Positions 58,869 to 64,000 of a stretch of DNA of 64,000 nt are shown here, one piece after another. The DNA lies in NCBI GenBank assembly GCA_052389535.1, contig JBQTHU010000061.1, positions 15,132-79,131 of the forward strand. Reading direction: 5' to 3'. This stretch comes from Betaproteobacteria bacterium (GTDB lineage: Bacteria > Pseudomonadota > Gammaproteobacteria > Burkholderiales > SG8-41). The notes under the pieces are model-generated. The model had not been told where the DNA came from, made no database searches, and saw only the letters and a list, made by a program, of their open reading frames with translations. Made by a program: the position numbers and the translations under genes. The stretch's first letter is position 1, and each line of letters begins with the position of its first letter.

Positions 58869-60430
58869 GCACGGCGCTCAGCGGCGACGTCGGCGTACGG
58901 CCTTCCTTGTCGCGCTCCGCGATCACCGCGCTCAACACGCTGCCGATACGGCGGCTGGTGACGGACAGCCGTGCCGTGCAGCCGGGCGACACTTTCGTCG
59001 CTTTCCCGGGCGAAGTACGCGACGGTCGTCACTACATCGGCCAGGCGATCGCCCGCGGAGCCGCGTCGGTGCTGTGGGAAAGGCGCGGTTTCGCCTGGGA
59101 CCCGGCCTGGAAAATTCCGAACTACGGCGTGCTGACACTGCGGCGGCGCGCGGGCGAGATCGCGAGCCAGGTTTACGGCCGGCCCAGCGCGAAGTTGTGG
59201 ATGATAGGCGTGACCGGCACCAACGGAAAAACCTCCTGCAGCCACTGGATCGCGCACTCGCTCACCCGAACCGGCAGAAAATGCCCGGTGATCGGCACCC
59301 TGGGCAGCGGTTTTCCCGGCCGGCTCGACCCCACGCCGAACACCACGCCCGACGCCGTGACCTTGCACGGCGCACTGCGCGACTTCCTGCGCGACGGTGC
59401 ACGCGCCGCGTCCATGGAGGTCTCCTCCCACGGACTGGTGCAGCATCGGCTGTCCGGTGTGGAGTTCGACGTTGCGCTGCTGACCAATCTCACCCGCGAT
59501 CACCTCGACTATCACGGCACGATGCGAGCCTACCGCGCCGCCAAGGCCCGGCTGTTCGGTTGGCCGACGCTCAAGTGGGCGGTGCTCAATCTCGACGATG
59601 CGTTCGGTGCCGAACTCGCTACGCGTATTGACGGTGCCGGCGCACGGGTGATCGGTTACGGTCTCGGCAGCGGCGGCAAAAATAGGATCGGCAGATTCGC
59701 GCAGGTGCAGGGCCGCAATCTGCGGATAGGGCCGGAAGGTCTCTCGCTGGATGTGTGCACGCCCTGGGGGAATGCGTCCCTGTCGAGCGCGCTCATCGGC
59801 CGGTTCAATGCCGCAAACCTCCTCGCCACGCTGGCGGTACTGCTCGCGAGCGATACCGGCCTGGACGATGCCGTGCAGGCATTGGCGCAGGTGCGCGCAC
59901 TGCCCGGCCGCACCGAGCGCCACGGCGGGGGACGGGCGCCGCTGGTGGTGATCGACTATGCCCACACGCCGGATGCCCTCCAACAGGTGCTGAGCGCGCT
60001 GCGTGAAACGATGAACGCCCGCCGCGCCAGGACCACGGCTCGCAAGGCAGCGCGTCCGCACCAGCCAAAGCTCTTCTGTGTGTTCGGCTGTGGCGGGGAG
60101 CGCGACCGCGGGAAGCGGCCGCTGATGGGCGCGGTTGCAAGTCGCCTCGCCGATCTTACGGTCATCACCAGCGACAACCCACGGGGCGAAAACCCGCTTT
60201 CGATCATCGACGACATCGCGCGCGGCACGCTCGGGGAAGTGATCGTCGAGCCCGACCGGGCGCGGGCAGTCCGACTCGCGGTTCGCATGGCCCGGCCCCG
60301 AGACATCGTGCTGGTTGCAGGCAAGGGACACGAACGCTATCAGGAGGTCCGCGGTGTCAAACAGCCTTATAGCGACGCGGCGGAAGTGACCGCCGCCTTG
60401 CGCACCCGGAGCGCCGCCCCGTGCCGATGA
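58865..60430 (+). CDS. murE: UDP-MurNAc-L-Ala-D-Glu--meso-DAP ligase
   Basis: GTNGKTS, EVSSH, DYAHTPD, DNPR, AGKGHE. Confidence 0.96.
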   Translation: MSTALSGDVGVRPSLSRSAITALNTLPIRRLVTDSRAVQPGDTFVAFPGEVRDGRHYIGQAIARGAASVLWERRGFAWDPAWKIPNYGVLTLRRRAGEIASQVYGRPSAKLWMIGVTGTNGKTSCSHWIAHSLTRTGRKCPVIGTLGSGFPGRLDPTPNTTPDAVTLHGALRDFLRDGARAASMEVSSHGLVQHRLSGVEFDVALLTNLTRDHLDYHGTMRAYRAAKARLFGWPTLKWAVLNLDDAFGAELATRIDGAGARVIGYGLGSGGKNRIGRFAQVQGRNLRIGPEGLSLDVCTPWGNASLSSALIGRFNAANLLATLAVLLASDTGLDDAVQALAQVRALPGRTERHGGGRAPLVVIDYAHTPDALQQVLSALRETMNARRARTTARKAARPHQPKLFCVFGCGGERDRGKRPLMGAVASRLADLTVITSDNPRGENPLSIIDDIARGTLGEVIVEPDRARAVRLAVRMARPRDIVLVAGKGHERYQEVRGVKQPYSDAAEVTAALRTRSAAPCR

Positions 60431-61821
60431 TGCACCTCTCGGAAGCAGCGACTGCGATCGGAGCCGAAGTGCAGGGTTCCGACCTGACTTTCGACAGCGT
60501 CGCGACCGATACCCGCGCCATAACGCCTCGCGCACTGTTCGTCGCGCTGCGCGGCGAACGCTTCGACGGACATGACTTCATCGCGCAGGCGCTGCAGCAG
60601 GGGGCCGTCGCCGTCATGGCGCAGCGTTCGACCATGTCCGGCCGGGAAGCAAGCGCGCAGATTCCGGGAATCATCGTCGAGGATACGCGCAGGGCGCTCG
60701 GCCGGCTCGCCCAGCATTGGCGCCGCAAATTCACATTGCCCGTGGTCGCGTTGACCGGCAGCAGCGGCAAGACCACCGTCAAGGAGATGCTGGCGGAGAT
60801 ACTGCGGCGGGCGTGTGACGAGACGAAGGCCACGGCCTGCGTCCTGGCGACGCGCGGCAACCTCAACAACGACATCGGTATGCCCCTGATGCTGCTCGAA
60901 CTGAAGGGCACGCACCGCTACGCCGTCATCGAGATGGGCATGAACCACATCGACGAGATCCGCTATCTCGCGCAGCTTGCCGAACCGGACGTGGCGCTCG
61001 TGAATAACGCGGGCCGCGCCCATATCGGGCTGCTCGGGTCCGGGGAAGCGATTGCGCGCGCGAAGGGCGAGCTGTTCGAGGAACTGAAACCAGGGGGGAC
61101 CGCGGTGATCAATGCCGACGATCGTTACGCGCCGCTCTGGCGCAAGTTCGCAACGGGCAGAAGGCAGATCGATTTCAGTATCGAAGCACCGGCCACGGTG
61201 ACCGCCCGCTATCGGTTGCGCTACCTGGAGAGCGAGATCGTCGTGAAACTGCCGCGCGGCGAAGCGGCAATCACCCTGCGCGCCCCGGGGCTGCACAACG
61301 TGCGCAACGCCCTCGCTGCCGCGGCGGCCGCCAGCGCGCTCGACATCGACCCCGGGACGATAGCGTCGGGGCTCGCCGGATATGCAGGGGTAAAGGGCCG
61401 ATTGCAGAAGAAAGCCGGGCTGCGCGGCGCGACCCTGCTCGATGACACCTACAACGCGAATCCTGATTCGGTACGGGCCGCGATCGCGCTGCTTGCGCAG
61501 GCGCCCGGAAAACGGTTGCTGGTGCTGGGCGACATGGGAGAGCTGGGGCCGGAGGCTCCGCGCTATCACTACGAGGCAGGCGAAGCGGCGCGCGCGGCGG
61601 GCATCGAAGGACTGGTGACGCTCGGCGAGTTCTCGGCACAGGCCGCCACGGCTTTCGGACCGGCCGCGCGGCATTTCACCTGCATTGAAGATCTGCTCGC
61701 CGACATCGGCAATCGCCTGCAGCACGACGTGACCATGCTCGTCAAAGGCTCGCGTTTCATGCGCATGGAGCGCGTCGTGCAGGCGTTTGCCATCGACGAA
61801 AAAGGGGAGATGAAGCCGTGA
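60427..61821 (+). CDS. murF: UDP-MurNAc-tripeptide--D-Ala-D-Ala ligase
   Basis: [27 protein letters not shown]. Confidence 0.96.
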   Translation: MMHLSEAATAIGAEVQGSDLTFDSVATDTRAITPRALFVALRGERFDGHDFIAQALQQGAVAVMAQRSTMSGREASAQIPGIIVEDTRRALGRLAQHWRRKFTLPVVALTGSSGKTTVKEMLAEILRRACDETKATACVLATRGNLNNDIGMPLMLLELKGTHRYAVIEMGMNHIDEIRYLAQLAEPDVALVNNAGRAHIGLLGSGEAIARAKGELFEELKPGGTAVINADDRYAPLWRKFATGRRQIDFSIEAPATVTARYRLRYLESEIVVKLPRGEAAITLRAPGLHNVRNALAAAAAASALDIDPGTIASGLAGYAGVKGRLQKKAGLRGATLLDDTYNANPDSVRAAIALLAQAPGKRLLVLGDMGELGPEAPRYHYEAGEAARAAGIEGLVTLGEFSAQAATAFGPAARHFTCIEDLLADIGNRLQHDVTMLVKGSRFMRMERVVQAFAIDEKGEMKP

Positions 61822-61876
61822 TGACGCGCCGGCTGGCCTTTCATTGCGCCGTGCCGTGCCCCGGCGGGAACGATTC

Positions 61877-62962
61877 ATGCTGCTAGAGCTCGCGCAATGG
61901 CTGGCGAAGGACATCCGTGCGTTCAACGTGTTCAATTACATCACGCTGCGGGCCGTGCTCGCGTGCCTCACGGCGCTCGTCATTTCGTTCGTCGTCGGCC
62001 CCGCGGTGATCCGTCGGCTCACCGCCTACAAGATAGGGCAGGCGGTGCGCGACGACGGTCCGCAGTCGCACTTCATCAAGGCCGGCACGCCCACCATGGG
62101 CGGCGCGCTGATCCTGGTGTCGATCGCCGTTACCACGCTGCTGTGGGCCGACCTGCAGAACCGGCTGGTGTGGATCGTGTTCTGGGTGACGCTTGCATTC
62201 GGCGCGGTCGGCTGGGTCGACGACTGGCGCAAGGTAGTGCAGCGCAATCCCCAAGGCCTTTCCGCGAAGGCGAAGTTCTTCTGGCAGTCGGTGATCGGCA
62301 TCGCGGCCGCCTGCTATATCGCATTCTCCACTCACCTGCCGGCGCAGACCGAGTTCATCGTTCCATTTTTCAAGCAGGTCGCCTACCCCCTTGGTGTCTT
62401 CGGCTTTGTTGCGATGACTTACTTCGTCATCGTCGGCACGAGCAACGCGGTCAATCTCACCGATGGGCTGGACGGCCTCGCGATCATGCCCACCGTGATG
62501 ATCGGGGGCGCGCTCGGAATCTTCGCTTACGTGGCGGGAAACGCGGTATTCGCGAAGTACCTGGGCTTTCCCTACATTCCCGGCGCGGGCGAGCTTACGG
62601 TGTTCTGCGGTGCACTGGCGGGTGCCGGCCTCGCGTTCCTGTGGTTCAACGCCTATCCCGCGGAAGTGTTCATGGGCGATGTCGGCGCGCTGGCGCTCGG
62701 CGCGGCGCTCGGCACGATCGCCGTCATCGTGCGCCAGGAGATCGTGCTCTTCATCATGGGTGGCGTGTTCGTGGTCGAAACGCTGTCGGTGATGCTGCAG
62801 GTCGCCTCGTTCAAGCTCACCGGCAAGCGGATCTTTCGCATGGCGCCGCTGCACCATCACTACGAGCTGAAAGGATGGAAGGAGAACCAGGTGGTGGTGC
62901 GCTTCTGGATCATCACCATGATGCTGGTGCTGGTGGGGCTGTCGACACTGAAGCTGCGATGA
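61877..62962 (+). CDS. mraY: Phospho-N-acetylmuramoyl-pentapeptide transferase
   Basis: [30 protein letters not shown]. Confidence 0.97.
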   Translation: MLLELAQWLAKDIRAFNVFNYITLRAVLACLTALVISFVVGPAVIRRLTAYKIGQAVRDDGPQSHFIKAGTPTMGGALILVSIAVTTLLWADLQNRLVWIVFWVTLAFGAVGWVDDWRKVVQRNPQGLSAKAKFFWQSVIGIAAACYIAFSTHLPAQTEFIVPFFKQVAYPLGVFGFVAMTYFVIVGTSNAVNLTDGLDGLAIMPTVMIGGALGIFAYVAGNAVFAKYLGFPYIPGAGELTVFCGALAGAGLAFLWFNAYPAEVFMGDVGALALGAALGTIAVIVRQEIVLFIMGGVFVVETLSVMLQVASFKLTGKRIFRMAPLHHHYELKGWKENQVVVRFWIITMMLVLVGLSTLKLR

Positions 62963-63044
62963 GATGCGCACGAGCCCGCACAGCAGCGACAGCAAAAAGC
63001 GGCATGTTGCCGATCGCGCGGGTGCTGCCGGCGCGCTGGTGATG

Positions 63045-64000
63045 ATGGATTTCGCCAACCGCAGGATACTGGTGCTGGGGCTGGGTGACACCGGTCTGTC
63101 GCTTGCGCGCTGGCTCGTGCGTCGTGGTGCGGAAGTTCATGTCGCCGACAGCCGGGCCGATCCGCCTCATGCCGACACGCTGCTGCGCGATTTCCCCGGC
63201 GTGGGAATCACGCGGGGCGGCTTCGTCGAGCGCGATTTCGCGCGTGCGGACGCTATCGCCATCAGTCCGGGAATCGATCGCCGCCAGCCGGCCGTGCGCT
63301 CAGCGCTGGGCCGCGGCGTTCCGGTCGTGGGCGACGTGGAACTCTTCGCGCTGGCGCTGTCCGCGCTCGCGAAACGGCCGATGGTGCTGGCGATCACCGG
63401 GTCCAACGGCAAAAGCACGGTCACCGCGATGGCGGGCGCGATGTGCCGGGAAGCGGGGCTTGCGACCGCGGTGGCGGGCAACATCGGACCGCCGGTACTC
63501 GACGCGCTTTCCGCGGTCGAGGACAGTGGTGTGGCAGCAGAGGTCTTCGTTCTCGAACTCTCCAGCTTCCAGCTCGAGAGCACGTCGAGTCTCGAGCCGG
63601 ACGCCGCGGCGATGCTCAACCTGTGCGAAGACCACATGGACCGTTACGACAGTCTCGAGGAGTACGCCGCCGCCAAGGCGCGCATATTCCAGGGCGGGGG
63701 CGTGCAGGTGCTGAACCGCGACGACGGGTGCAGCATGGGCATGGCGCTGTCCGGACGCGCAGTGACGACTTTCGGGCTGGGGGTCCCGCACGCCGAGACT
63801 GAGTGGGGTCTGAAGGGAGCGATCGGAAACCAGACGCTCGCCAATGGCGTGCGCCGCCTGATCCCCGTGAGCGAGATACCGCTTACGGGGCTGCACAACG
63901 CGGCCAATGCGCTGGCGGCGCTCGCGCTCGTGCGCGCCATCGACGTGCCGGAGGCGCCGGCGCTCGCTGCGCTGCGCCGCTTTCGCGGACTGCCGCATCG
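63045..64000 (+). CDS. murD: UDP-MurNAc-L-Ala--D-Glu ligase (runs off the window end)
   Basis: Manual translation gives MDFANRRILVLGLGDTG, SPGI, ITGSNGKST, ELSSFQLE, DHMDRY, GLPH. Confidence 0.95.
   Translation, partial: MDFANRRILVLGLGDTGLSLARWLVRRGAEVHVADSRADPPHADTLLRDFPGVGITRGGFVERDFARADAIAISPGIDRRQPAVRSALGRGVPVVGDVELFALALSALAKRPMVLAITGSNGKSTVTAMAGAMCREAGLATAVAGNIGPPVLDALSAVEDSGVAAEVFVLELSSFQLESTSSLEPDAAAMLNLCEDHMDRYDSLEEYAAAKARIFQGGGVQVLNRDDGCSMGMALSGRAVTTFGLGVPHAETEWGLKGAIGNQTLANGVRRLIPVSEIPLTGLHNAANALAALALVRAIDVPEAPALAALRRFRGLPH

Noticed and set aside
1-64000. CRISPR arrays, tRNA/rRNA, IS elements, integrases, prophage, selenocysteine read-through
   Set aside because: No regularly spaced repeats, cloverleafs, transposase/integrase motifs or in-frame TGA at catalytic Cys positions were seen by eye; a tool-based scan was not possible

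Overview
GC-rich chromosomal window from a betaproteobacterium (inferred from gene order and protein style). It is mostly core genes: argC-DUF6776-bactofilin-erpA, an M23 peptidase, tyrS, fbp, two msrA, pit, gor, pdxH, a double-length uvrA, ettA, glnS, birA-coaX, yraN/gmhA/dolP, rsmI, pyrC, the RNase P RNA, and the start of the dcw cluster (mraZ to murD). No tRNA, rRNA, CRISPR array, IS, integrase or prophage was seen. The most unusual region is about 34-43.6 kb. There a standalone UdgX-type uracil-DNA protein sits between two clearly paralogous, unrecognised membrane-anchored proteins. This block is divergent from a sigma54 two-component/general-stress module (NtrC-like regulator, DUF421, two CsbD-like proteins, histidine kinase, DUF883, diguanylate cyclase). 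The module contains two good -24/-12 promoters, one of which points into a non-coding, hairpin-rich stretch (candidate sRNA). Other oddities are a 5'-truncated peptidase E, a ferritin-like protein missing iron ligands between two msrA genes, an MDR dehydrogenase lacking its first catalytic Zn ligand, and several intergenic repeat motifs. All calls come from motif recognition by eye; no database search was run.
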